Of a DNA stretch of 27,984 nucleotides, positions 1 through 8,770 are shown in pieces (within the stretch, counting starts at the first letter, position 1; each line of letters opens with the position of its first letter). The DNA comes from a candidate division WOR-3 bacterium (GTDB lineage: Bacteria; Hydrothermota; Hydrothermia; JBDRYB01). Position numbers and translations under genes: made by a program. Below the pieces are notes generated by a model that worked only from the letters and a program-made list of their open reading frames with translations, had not been told where the DNA came from and searched no databases. The stretch lies in assembly GCA_039803205.1 (NCBI GenBank), contig JBDRYB010000024.1, positions 1-27,984 of the forward strand, in the 5' to 3' direction.

Positions 1-1
1 G

Positions 2-352
2 AACATCGTAGCTCTTTGGAAGAAAGGCTACGATGAGCCCTGGTTCATAGCAACCGATCTCAGCTCCCCTTCAGATGCCATAGCCTACTACAAGAAGAGG
101 TTCCTCGTTGAGGAGACATTCAAGTCCTCAAAGACATACGAGGGACTTGAGCATCTCAAGGGAGTGATAAAGGCCATATTCCTCATTACCTTCATACCCA
201 GCCTCACGAGCTACGAGAGGAGGTATAGCGTCTTCACCAAGGCACTCCTGTGTCTTGACCGATTGCGAGGAGGATACGCTAAGCTCTTGTGCCCCAAGAA
301 CTTACGAGCTATCCTGCATCAGAACCTGTTTCTGGGGGGTGAGAGTATGTGA
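2..352 (+). mobile_element. C-terminal part of an IS4-superfamily DDE transposase (open at the window edge, probably degenerate)
   Basis: Frame 2 is open from base 2: NIVALWKKGYDEPWFIATDLSSPSDAIAYYKKRFLVEETFKSSK. It carries EPW-x-x-ATD and the Y-x2-R-x3-E-x6-K (YREK) signature of IS4-superfamily transposases. It is in frame with the supplied 164..352 ORF. Confidence 0.8.
279..305. repeat. 27-bp imperfect palindrome, copy inside the 3' end of the first transposase remnant
   Basis: ctaagctcttgtgccccaagaacttac; same length and arm pattern as the copies at 396, 1361 and 27856. Confidence 0.7.
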
Positions 353-395
353 GATCTCAACCCGCGTTCCTTACCCGCCCCACTTTCAACCCCTT

Positions 396-451
396 CTAAG
401 TCCTTGCCGGGCAAAGACTTAGGCCGAAGTGCCGATGGCCCAAGAACTTAG
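396..451. repeat. Tandem unit: 27-bp palindrome plus a degenerate second unit at 29-bp period; homologous to 27856-27911
   Basis: ctaagtccttgccgggcaaagacttag followed by cgaagtgccgatggcccaagaacttag. 397-450 versus 27857-27910 match at 43/54 positions ungapped (hand count). Confidence 0.8.
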
Positions 452-763
452 CTGAGCTAAAATGCGGAATTCTCTGATTTTATCGCTAAGATCTGGATTG
501 ATGGTTTTTGGTTCCGGAGGCCAAAAATGCCGATTTCCGGCCCAGCTAGGGCCAAAACAGGGGGAAAGTAGTATTAAAATACCAGTAATAATCTACCAGT
601 AGAATTATGCTATCGCTGATGTGGTGAGGGTTCTATGGCCTAATAAGGAAGCCCAAAATTCAGGTGCAGGTAGTAGAAAAGTTGGCCTCTGAGCTGGCCA
701 GGGCTCATAGCTTCGGAATAAAATGTTCACCTCCCATGAAAAGATTGAAAAGGAGGTGAACAA

Positions 764-1486
764 ATGAGAATTACCCTTAATAAGATAAGGGAAGCCGAAG
801 GCCTCGTGCAACTATACCTGGGTCAGCTTCTTGGCTGAGCCCTTGACCTTCCTCATCATCCAAAACCCTCTCTGAGAGCTATGGCTCGTTCTAAGGAGGG
901 CCTCAATCTTGAGGGACTGAGGAAACTCGCTGAGATGGAGGAGGAGATAATGGCTGAGCTTGCGAGGATATTCACCGGTGGGGATGAGGACACCGTTTGC
1001 CTCATGGACCCAACATACCTGAGAGAGACAGAAGAGAGGCTTCTGGTCTTTGCCATTTACGAGGAAAACAATCCCATAAAGGCCTACAAGAAAAGGATGA
1101 GGATAGAGCATCTCTTCAGGGACCTGAAAGGCCTCTTTGGGATGAGGGAGGTTCTGAGAAGGATAAGAGACCCTGTGCTCAGGAAAGGGCTCATCACCCT
1201 TATCATGTTGGCCTGGCCCCTTGCATTTCTCAGAGGCCTATATGCCCTCGTTAAGGGACTCCTCTTCCAGGATGACCCTCTGGTTAGAGAGTTTCTGAGA
1301 GGCTACATAAGCATTATCAACCTGGCCATAAGTCTTCATCTCAGAGACCTGGATAGATTGCGATCCCCTTGTGCCACAAGGGCTTACGAGGAAACGCTTG
1401 CCAAATCTTCAATCTGTGGGGGTGTAAAATGTGTCAGGGGGCCGAGATCGCGATTATGCTACAAGGGCTTTGGCAGAATTCTTTGA
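764..1486 (+). pseudogene. IS4-superfamily transposase pseudogene (in-frame TGA, internally deleted)
   Basis: SD AAGGAGGTG precedes ATG 764. The frame has TGA at 836-838 and continues as the 881..1486 ORF with C-x-x-D-x-T and YKKRMRIEHLFRDLK (YREK motif). It is far too short between these motifs for an intact DDE enzyme. Confidence 0.75.
1361..1387. repeat. 27-bp palindrome-family copy near the 3' end of the second transposase remnant
   Basis: cgatccccttgtgccacaagggcttac. As at 279, it has GATTGCGA upstream or overlapping, is followed by GAG, and has a GGGGGTG run about 30 nt downstream. Confidence 0.6.
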
Positions 1487-1530
1487 TCAAACGCAAATGA
1501 TCGTATTGGAAACCGGGAGCCAGCAACTGA

Positions 1531-1536
1531 TATAAT
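1531..1536 (+). promoter_or_regulatory. -10 box of a probable leaderless cobO promoter
   Basis: Perfect TATAAT, 6-nt spacer, GTG at 1543, no SD. Confidence 0.7.
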
Positions 1537-1542
1537 TTCCCT

Positions 1543-2064
1543 GTGAGAAGAAGCTCCTATGTCCAGATATACACAGGCGATGGTAAGGGAAAGACCACAG
1601 CGGCCTTCGGCCTTGCTCTCAGGACCCTTGGCCACGGCGGAAAGGTTTTCGTCGTGCAGTTCATGAAAAAGGGGAAAACAGGCGAAATCCGTGCGCTTTC
1701 TGCCTTCGGCGATAGGATAAAGGTTATACAGACCGGGCCTCACGGTTTTCTGAACCAGAACAACCGAGATGAGTTCACCCGCGCGGCAGAGGGGGGCCTT
1801 GCCGAGCTGAGGAGGGCCCTCACCTCGGGGGAGTATGACCTGGTAATAGGCGATGAGCTAGCCGTAGCGGTTGGCCTTGGACTGATACCTGTTGAGGATG
1901 TGCTGGGATTATTGGAGATCAGGCCTTCGGGGACCGAGATCGTGATAACGGGCAGATACGCGCCCAAGGAGCTCTTGGATGCCGCGGATCTGGTTACGGA
2001 GATGAAGGAGATAAAGCATTACTACAAGAAAGGGGTAAAGGCGAGGAAGGGAATTGAGTTCTGA
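1543..2064 (+). CDS. cobO: Cob(I)yrinic acid a,c-diamide / cob(I)alamin adenosyltransferase (CobO/BtuR family)
   Basis: VQIYTGDGKGKTTAAFGLALR, VQFMK, DLVIGDE, VITGR, ADLVTEMKEIKHYY..G..ARKGIEF family motifs. Confidence 0.95.
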   Translation: MRRSSYVQIYTGDGKGKTTAAFGLALRTLGHGGKVFVVQFMKKGKTGEIRALSAFGDRIKVIQTGPHGFLNQNNRDEFTRAAEGGLAELRRALTSGEYDLVIGDELAVAVGLGLIPVEDVLGLLEIRPSGTEIVITGRYAPKELLDAADLVTEMKEIKHYYKKGVKARKGIEF

Positions 2065-2104
2065 TGTGGGGAAAGACACTTTGTTGCTCCCTGCCAAAGC
2101 CCAT

Positions 2105-2110
2105 TATAAT
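2105..2110 (+). promoter_or_regulatory. -10 box of a probable leaderless mrp promoter
   Basis: Perfect TATAAT, 6-nt spacer, ATG at 2117; TTGTTG/TTGCTC at 2081-2089 is a possible -35. Confidence 0.7.
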
Positions 2111-2116
2111 TTCTGC

Positions 2117-3172
2117 ATGAGGATACCTGAAGCTTATTCTGCTTTGAGAAGGGTCAAGCACGGCAATAGCGACATAGTTTCTATGGGTTTTGTGAGGGGT
2201 GTTTCCATAAACGAGTCCAAGGTATCGGTGGTATTCCTTTTTCCTGAGGAACTCAGAGGCAAGGAAAGGCCTATTCTAGATGAAGCAAGGAAGTCCCTTG
2301 AGGCTGAGGGCGCCGAAAGCGTTGATTTTCAGGTTAACTTTGCCATCCTTTCTGAGAAGAAGAGCATCAAGGACATGAGCAAGAAGCCCATTCCCGGGGT
2401 AAAGAATGTTGTCCTAATAACTAGCGGCAAGGGAGGGGTTGGCAAGTCAACCGTTGCCGCGAACCTCGCGGCAGAGCTCGCGCTGAGGGGGCTTCCGGTT
2501 GGGCTTTTTGACGCTGATGTCTACGGGCCTTCGGTGCCAACCCTTATGGGCATACAGAGCGCAGAGATAAGGGCTGAGAACAACAAGATAATACCAGTTG
2601 AAGCATACAGGGTCAAGGTGATGTCTCTCGGCCTCATGCTTGAGGAGGATAGCCCGGTTATATGGCGAGGGCCGCTGGTTCACAAGGCATACGAGCAATT
2701 GCTCTTTGAAACCGCTTGGGGAGCTCTGGACTTCCTCATTCTTGACCTTCCCCCGGGGACAGGGGACGCGCAGTTGTCCATGGCCCAACTCGTTGAGATA
2801 ACAGGGGGAATAGTGGTAACGACACCCCAGGCCATAGCGATAAACGATGTGCGCCGCGCGCTCGCCATGCTCAGGAAGGTTAATGTGCCCGCTATAGGCA
2901 TAGTTGAGACCATGAGCTATTACAGGTGCCCCGGCTGCGGCAGGGAGGAAGCCCTCTTTGGCCAGGGTGGCGGAGAGAGCCTTTCTCGTGAGACCGGGGT
3001 TCCTCTTTTGGCCAGGGTTCCATTTGATCCTGACCTGGTAGCGGCATCGGATGCAGGTATACCCATAGTCGTTGCGAAACCAGGTTCGGAGGCGGCTAAA
3101 GCTTTTGGAAGCCTCGCAGAGGAGGTGGTAAGGTATGTTGAAAAGAGGAAGACCAAGTCCGCCGTGGAGTAA
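2117..3172 (+). CDS. mrp: Mrp/NBP35 (ApbC) Fe-S cluster carrier ATPase with N-terminal FeS-assembly domain
   Basis: SGKGGVGKST, DADVYGPS, VIWRGP, WGALDFLILDLPPGTGD, VTTPQ, CPGC. Start moved from 2054 to ATG 2117. Confidence 0.95.
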   Translation: MRIPEAYSALRRVKHGNSDIVSMGFVRGVSINESKVSVVFLFPEELRGKERPILDEARKSLEAEGAESVDFQVNFAILSEKKSIKDMSKKPIPGVKNVVLITSGKGGVGKSTVAANLAAELALRGLPVGLFDADVYGPSVPTLMGIQSAEIRAENNKIIPVEAYRVKVMSLGLMLEEDSPVIWRGPLVHKAYEQLLFETAWGALDFLILDLPPGTGDAQLSMAQLVEITGGIVVTTPQAIAINDVRRALAMLRKVNVPAIGIVETMSYYRCPGCGREEALFGQGGGESLSRETGVPLLARVPFDPDLVAASDAGIPIVVAKPGSEAAKAFGSLAEEVVRYVEKRKTKSAVE

Positions 3173-3758
3173 GGCCTGGACGATCCTCCTTCTGGTTTGC
3201 TCTTGCGCCCCGTCCCAAGTCTCTCACATGAAGTTGGACCTTGATGTTGGAACCAGCATTTCTTACACGATCACATTCTGGAATCAGGCGAGGCCTGATA
3301 CCACAAGGCTCAGGATGGTCGTGCATGTGACAGAGGCCTCTGATCTGGATTATTCGCTGACCGGGATGATCTCAGGCCAAGAGGAGGGCACGGTCATGCT
3401 TGAGGTATCCCACGGGGGCAGGGCCGCGCTATCCGCTTACAGCGGAATTTCAGACCCGCTACTCACATTCATATCCTCCGGACTGATTGGACCTTGTGTT
3501 CCGTTGCCCAAGGAGCCTGTTTCGCCTGGCCAATCATGGGATACAAACATCTCAGGATGTAGAGGGTATTACACCTATAGGGCGAGGGGATTCCTTGAGG
3601 GGAGAGGCGGATACATCATAGAGTTTCGTCTGTCAGGAGATAAACTAGAGTCCACGGGCAAGTGCGTCATTTCGCATGAAAACGGACTTGTCCAGGCCTC
3701 CGCCGGCACAATAGCTATAGGCTCAGAGACATTCGGCTACAGGATGGTGAGGGAATAG
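3135..3758 (+). CDS. Hypothetical beta-rich lipoprotein
   Basis: Basic N-terminus, hydrophobic stretch and VCSC lipobox-like motif; LPKEPVSPGQSW turn motif. Overlaps the mrp 3' end; start uncertain. Confidence 0.7.
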   Translation: MLKRGRPSPPWSKAWTILLLVCSCAPSQVSHMKLDLDVGTSISYTITFWNQARPDTTRLRMVVHVTEASDLDYSLTGMISGQEEGTVMLEVSHGGRAALSAYSGISDPLLTFISSGLIGPCVPLPKEPVSPGQSWDTNISGCRGYYTYRARGFLEGRGGYIIEFRLSGDKLESTGKCVISHENGLVQASAGTIAIGSETFGYRMVRE

Positions 3759-3831
3759 CTCATGTGCTCCGAGGGGCCCCCTGAGAGTAGCGAAACGCAC
3801 GCCTTCAAAAAAATCAGGGGGAAATTTTGCC

Positions 3832-5142
3832 TCACCCTTCGCCCATAACCCTCTTGAAGATACCATCAACCTCAGAAAGGTAATCGTGGCCGAGCGCCCC
3901 AATAACCCCTTCTTCCTCCAGAAGCTCGGCTATCTCCGGGTGGCTCAAAGCGGCTTCCACTAGGGGGACTCCCTCATCCATAGCCCTCTGGGAGGCTTCT
4001 TTCACCCAAGCATATGCCTCTGCCCTTGAAGCCCCAGCTCTGACCAGGGCAAGGAGAAGCAATTGGGACTTGTAGAAATCCCCAAAACCCTCCATGTTTC
4101 TTTTCATGCGCTCCTCATCTATCTCAAGGCCCCGAACCACCTCGGCCATCTTCCTCGTCATATAAAAGAGCAATCCGGTTGCATCCGGGAGGGCAAGGCG
4201 CTCAGCTGATGAATTTGATATGTCCCTCTCGTGCCAGAGAGCGATGTTCTCAAGGCCAGCCAGCGCATATCCACGAAGGAGCCTCGCGAGGCCGCATATC
4301 CTCTCGCATATTATCGGGTTTCTCTTGTGCGGCATGGCAGAAGAACCGCGCTGAGACCTCCCGAAGGGTTCACCCATCTCCCTCACCTCTGTCCGCGAGA
4401 GGAGCCTTATCTCCGTGGCCAAGCGCTCAAGCCCAGCGCCTGCTATGGCTATCGCGCAAAGGAGCTGGGCATATCTGTCCCTGGGAATGACCTGGGTTGA
4501 GACAGGTTCCGGGGAAAGCCCGAGCCTTTCCATGACCCTCCTCTCAAGCTCAGTTCCCAAGATGGAGCAATTGCCGACGGTTCCGGATATCTTACCGAAG
4601 GATATGGCATCGCGGGCAACCCGGAGGCGTTCCGCGTTTCTGAGGGTCTCAGCGTAGAAACCGAGGAGCTTGAGACCAAGGGATGTTGGCTCCGCGAAGA
4701 CGCCGTGGGTTCTGCCCATGATCGGAGTTAGTTTGTGCGCAAGGGCTCTTTCCTTGAGGGCACCGCTAAGACTCTCCGTCTCCTCAATCAAGAGCTCGCA
4801 AGCCTCTTTGAGAAGGAGCGCGTTAGCTGTATCCACAACATCGTAGGATGTAAGGCCATAGTGTAGCCACCTGCCTGGTTCTCCAGCGATCCTCTCCAAA
4901 CACATCAGAAAGGCAATGACATCGTGGCCTGTCTCGCGCTCAAGCTCCTCTTGGCACAGGAGAAGCTCGGCGTAATCTAGATTTTCAAGAGATTTTTTGA
5001 GACCCGACGGAACATCCCTGGGGATCATTCCCATCTCGGCCTGGGCCTCGGCAACAGCCAGCTCAACACGGACCCAGAGCCTGATGCGATTCTCGTCGGA
5101 CCATACCCGCTTCATCTCCGGGAGCCAGTATCTCTCTATCAT
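3832..5142 (-). CDS. purB: Adenylosuccinate lyase
   Basis: MIERY start, HDVIAF, HYGLTSYDVVDTA, GRTHG, SSAMPHKRNP signature, LWHERDISNSSAER. Confidence 0.97.
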   Translation of the reverse strand: MIERYWLPEMKRVWSDENRIRLWVRVELAVAEAQAEMGMIPRDVPSGLKKSLENLDYAELLLCQEELERETGHDVIAFLMCLERIAGEPGRWLHYGLTSYDVVDTANALLLKEACELLIEETESLSGALKERALAHKLTPIMGRTHGVFAEPTSLGLKLLGFYAETLRNAERLRVARDAISFGKISGTVGNCSILGTELERRVMERLGLSPEPVSTQVIPRDRYAQLLCAIAIAGAGLERLATEIRLLSRTEVREMGEPFGRSQRGSSAMPHKRNPIICERICGLARLLRGYALAGLENIALWHERDISNSSAERLALPDATGLLFYMTRKMAEVVRGLEIDEERMKRNMEGFGDFYKSQLLLLALVRAGASRAEAYAWVKEASQRAMDEGVPLVEAALSHPEIAELLEEEGVIGALGHDYLSEVDGIFKRVMGEG

Positions 5143-5176
5143 AGGCTGATATTATATTGCGAGGGAAAATCCCTCC

Positions 5177-6109
5177 TCACCCAGTAAGATTCGGTAATTC
5201 GTATCTGTAATAATCAATACGGGCACCAGGGAGCATGGCCAATCTCAGCAAAACAGCAAAGGGCATGAAGGAAGCCCTACCCTCGCCCTTCTTTTTGGCG
5301 AGGGTCCCAACATATACCTCCCTGTAGATGAGGCCAAGCGCGTGGGCATCGCGCATGTAGAGGTGGAGAAGATAGTTGCCGCGGATGTCTGTCTGTGTCT
5401 TTTTCACGAAATCCTCCAGGGCATCCGGTTCCACGGGCCCTTTGGTGTGGGGCAGGAGGGGCGTCATCAGGCAGGAGCTCGCAAACAGATCGCATTTTAC
5501 CCTCTCATACTGAAGCCCAACCTGTTGCGCGAGCCACTCTGTCGCTTCCTTACCCATAAGCGGAGAAGAATTTTCTGGAACAATGAAGGAGACCGTTGGT
5601 TTTCCTCCAACTATGAAGATCATTCCTTTGTAAGGCTCCAGGAAGCGAAGGTAGCCCGTGAACCTGGTTCTGGATATCTCTTTTATGGCCTGAAGAACCC
5701 CGGGGCCGCCAGAAGGGCCTTCAACTCCCATAATCTCTCCTGGGGCGAGCGTGTATATTGCTTCAAGCAGGTCAGGCGAGACATCGCTCTTAGCCTGCTC
5801 TTCAACAGAGGGCAATCTCAGCATCTCCGTCTCCCATGTCAGGAGAGTGCTTATGAGCTCCCTCGGATCAAGGCTCACATTCTTCTTGTTCATGTCCTCT
5901 ATCGGGGTCGGCTTTGATGTGTATCGGCCCCCTCCCCACATTACGGCCTTCTTGAGCTCCTGAAACCCCATACCCCAAGTGCTTTCAACCCAATTCAGGC
6001 ATCCTTTCCTGAATATGGTTATCACGACCCCATACTCGCCCATGAAGAAGTGCTTGACTGTCTCCTGGTTCTTTATTGAGTTTATGAGGATAGCCATGAA
6101 GTTTGCCAT
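5177..6109 (-). CDS. Hypothetical protein with about three PATAN/DUF4388-like segments
   Basis: 310 aa, starts immediately after the alaS stop. The middle segment RFTGYLRF..KGMIFIVGGKP..GKEATEWL resembles the PATAN/DUF4388 pattern, with weaker similar segments at both ends. Confidence 0.6.
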   Translation of the reverse strand: MANFMAILINSIKNQETVKHFFMGEYGVVITIFRKGCLNWVESTWGMGFQELKKAVMWGGGRYTSKPTPIEDMNKKNVSLDPRELISTLLTWETEMLRLPSVEEQAKSDVSPDLLEAIYTLAPGEIMGVEGPSGGPGVLQAIKEISRTRFTGYLRFLEPYKGMIFIVGGKPTVSFIVPENSSPLMGKEATEWLAQQVGLQYERVKCDLFASSCLMTPLLPHTKGPVEPDALEDFVKKTQTDIRGNYLLHLYMRDAHALGLIYREVYVGTLAKKKGEGRASFMPFAVLLRLAMLPGARIDYYRYELPNLTG

Positions 6110-6110
6110 C

Positions 6111-8738
6111 TCAGCTCCTGGTTAAAGATGTCGTTATCTCATTTATCCAAGTCATCCAGAGATTAGAGTTGATCTCGGTCATGCGCGCGCCGCCTTGCCC
6201 CACACTTTTGTTCCCACCACCCTTGCCGCCAGCGAGGGAAGCGGCCTCCCGCGCCAGGCGTCCAGCGTCAACGCGCTCGTCCTCACTCCTCGCGAATACA
6301 TAAAGGGTTTCCTTCTCTGCGCCCCAAAGAAGAAGAACCTTTATCCCCTCCATGTGGTTCCGGATACTGTCAGCAATGAGTCTCAGGCCATCCAGGCCAA
6401 CCCCAATAGCGAGAACGCAAACAGACGGCACTCCAGCAATACCCCTGATCTCAGCCCTTACATCAGCATTCATGAAACGAAAGCTCGCAGATTGGCTGGC
6501 CGCGAGCCCATCCGACAATATCTTGCCTATCTGGCTCGCCATCCGTGCCTTTATTTCCTGGAGGTCCCTTTCCAGGGAAGAAACCCTTTCCCTCGTGTCC
6601 ATTATGGTCCTTATCAGAGAGCCTCGATCCCCAACCCCTGTAATTCCGGATATAACCGAAAGCATTTCCGCGTCATCCCTTGCCCTTTCCCATGCCTTAA
6701 TACCAACGAGAGCCTCTATTCTCCTGATGCCAGCCGCAACGCCCTCTTCGGATGTTATCATGAATTGGCCGACCTCAGCCGTGGTTCCGAGGTGGGTTCC
6801 GCCGCACAGCTCCCGAGAGAAGCCAGGTATCTCAACAACTCTGACCCTCTCGCCATATTTTCCCTCAAAAAGCGCTATCGCGCCCTGCTGTCTAGCCTCA
6901 GAGTATTCCATCCATCGGACGGCCAAAGGGATGTTCTCAAGGACCTTCTCGTTGACCAGGCGCTCCAGCTTAGCGAGCTCTTCGGAGCTGAGAGGCCTCG
7001 GGCACGAGAAATCAAACCTAAGCCTGTCCTCATCAACGAGAGAGCCCCTCTGCATGGCGGATTCCCCGATTATCTCCCGGAGAGCCGCGTGCAAAAGGTG
7101 GGTTGCGGTGTGAGCGCGGGCAAGTGCCTTTCTTCTCCTCCCGTTAACCCTGGCCGTGAGCCTCGCGCCAGGGGAAAGCGAGCCCTCTGCCCTTCCAACG
7201 AGGACGACCATGCCTCCGATATCCTGAACATCCTCAACCGTGAAGCTGAAACCATCCCCAAAGACCCTGCCGCGGTCAGAGAGTTGACCTCCGGACTCAG
7301 GGTAAAATGGGTTTTCCTGGAGCGCCAGGAAATCCCTATCTTTCCCCCTGGCAAAAGCAATGGGTTTGGTTTCGGTCTCAAGCTTCTCGTATCCGACGAA
7401 CGACTGGGCCTCACCAGTGGAGAACTCCCAGCCAGGGAGCTTCAACTTGAATCCGGAGGCCTCCCGCGCCCTGGCCCTTTGCTCACCGAGGCTCTGATGA
7501 AATCCCTCCCAGTCAACGGCGAGGCCTGATTGCTTAGCGTAATCCTCAAGAAGATCGAGCGGAACCCCATATGTATCGTAGAGGCTGAAGGCATCGCGGC
7601 CCGATATTTTCCCTGTTTCCTTTGATTTATCAATGACCTCCATTATCCGCGGCATTGCCCTTGATATGCCCGAAAGGAATCTTTCCTCCTCGGCCTTTAT
7701 GATCTCGCTTATCTCGGCGGACTTATCAGCAACGCCAGGATAAACATCCCCCATCACATCAACGACGACCGGAACGAGCTTGTGAAGAATGGGCTCTGAT
7801 ACCCCTATCCTCTGCGCGAAGGAATGAGCCCTTCTGAGGATCCTTCTGAGGACATAGCCCCTCCCGTAGTTTGATGGGTATATCCCATCAGCTATGCAGA
7901 AAACAAGGGCCCTTGTGTGATCCGCCATTACTTGGTGAGGGGCCGAACGCCTTTCCCCGGTTAGCTCCTCAATAGCCTCTATTATCGGGACGAAAAGGTC
8001 TGTCTCGTAGTTTGAACGGACGCCCTGTAGAACCGAGGCTATTCGCTCAAGGCCAGCCCCCGTGTCTATATTCTTCTTGGGAAGGGGCGTAAGCCTCCCG
8101 GCCTCATCCTTGAAAAACTGCATGAAAACGAGGTTCCAGAGCTCCAGGAACCTGTTCCCTTCCTGGCCGGGATGGTGCTGATCCGGATCCTCCTCCGGCC
8201 CGAAATCATAGTGTATCTCAGAGCAATAACCAACGGGCCCCACATCCCCCATCTCCCAGAAGTTGTCCTTTTCGTCAAGCCTGAAAACCTTTCCCTCCGG
8301 AAGCCCCACGCGCTCGCGCCATATGGTGTATGCCTCGTCATCCTCACGAAAAACGGTCGCGACAAGCCTCTCGCCTGGAATACCGTAGACCCCCGTAACC
8401 AGCTCCCAAGCCCAGGTAATCGCCTCCTCTTTGAAGTAATCCCCAAAGGAGAAGTTGCCGAGCATCTCAAAGAATGTGTGGTGCCTTGGGGTAAAGCCGA
8501 CCTGATCCAGGTCGTTGAGCTTGCCGCCTGCCCTCATGCACTTCTGGACCGAGGTGGCTCTTGGAAACGGCGATTGCGTGAGGCCCATGAAATATGATTT
8601 GAACTGGTTCATGCCCGCGTTCGTGAACAGGAGGGTCTCATCAGGTGGCAAGAGGGATGAAGAGGGGACGACCTCGTGCCCGCGCTCAGCGAAGAATCTC
8701 AGAAACTCCTCTCTAATCTTCCGGCCAGGCCAGTGCAC
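6111..8738 (-). CDS. alaS: Alanine--tRNA ligase
   Basis: LLFTNAGMNQFK, HHTFFEMLGNFSFGDYFK, IDTGAGLER, editing-domain HTATHLLH and ELCGGTH, C-terminal GGKGGG. Confidence 0.98.
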   Translation of the reverse strand: MHWPGRKIREEFLRFFAERGHEVVPSSSLLPPDETLLFTNAGMNQFKSYFMGLTQSPFPRATSVQKCMRAGGKLNDLDQVGFTPRHHTFFEMLGNFSFGDYFKEEAITWAWELVTGVYGIPGERLVATVFREDDEAYTIWRERVGLPEGKVFRLDEKDNFWEMGDVGPVGYCSEIHYDFGPEEDPDQHHPGQEGNRFLELWNLVFMQFFKDEAGRLTPLPKKNIDTGAGLERIASVLQGVRSNYETDLFVPIIEAIEELTGERRSAPHQVMADHTRALVFCIADGIYPSNYGRGYVLRRILRRAHSFAQRIGVSEPILHKLVPVVVDVMGDVYPGVADKSAEISEIIKAEEERFLSGISRAMPRIMEVIDKSKETGKISGRDAFSLYDTYGVPLDLLEDYAKQSGLAVDWEGFHQSLGEQRARAREASGFKLKLPGWEFSTGEAQSFVGYEKLETETKPIAFARGKDRDFLALQENPFYPESGGQLSDRGRVFGDGFSFTVEDVQDIGGMVVLVGRAEGSLSPGARLTARVNGRRRKALARAHTATHLLHAALREIIGESAMQRGSLVDEDRLRFDFSCPRPLSSEELAKLERLVNEKVLENIPLAVRWMEYSEARQQGAIALFEGKYGERVRVVEIPGFSRELCGGTHLGTTAEVGQFMITSEEGVAAGIRRIEALVGIKAWERARDDAEMLSVISGITGVGDRGSLIRTIMDTRERVSSLERDLQEIKARMASQIGKILSDGLAASQSASFRFMNADVRAEIRGIAGVPSVCVLAIGVGLDGLRLIADSIRNHMEGIKVLLLWGAEKETLYVFARSEDERVDAGRLAREAASLAGGKGGGNKSVGQGGARMTEINSNLWMTWINEITTSLTRS

Positions 8739-8744
8739 TCGTAT

Positions 8745-8750
8745 ATTTTA
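8745..8750 (-). promoter_or_regulatory. -10 box of a probable leaderless alaS promoter
   Basis: TAAAAT on the minus strand, 6-nt spacer, GTG at 8738, no SD. Confidence 0.6.
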
Positions 8751-8770
8751 ACGCAGAATGGCGCGGGAGT

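Noticed and set aside
836..838. In-frame TGA as selenocysteine or recoding
   Set aside because: It lies in a deleted transposase relic with no redox-motif context or evident SECIS; a nonsense mutation is simpler.
3759..3831. Terminator or ncRNA between the convergent lipoprotein gene and purB
   Set aside because: Only short weak stems are present; no convincing hairpin plus U-tract or known RNA motif.
6195..7529. 444-aa and 253-aa plus-strand ORFs
   Set aside because: Antisense shadows of alaS with no recognisable motifs.
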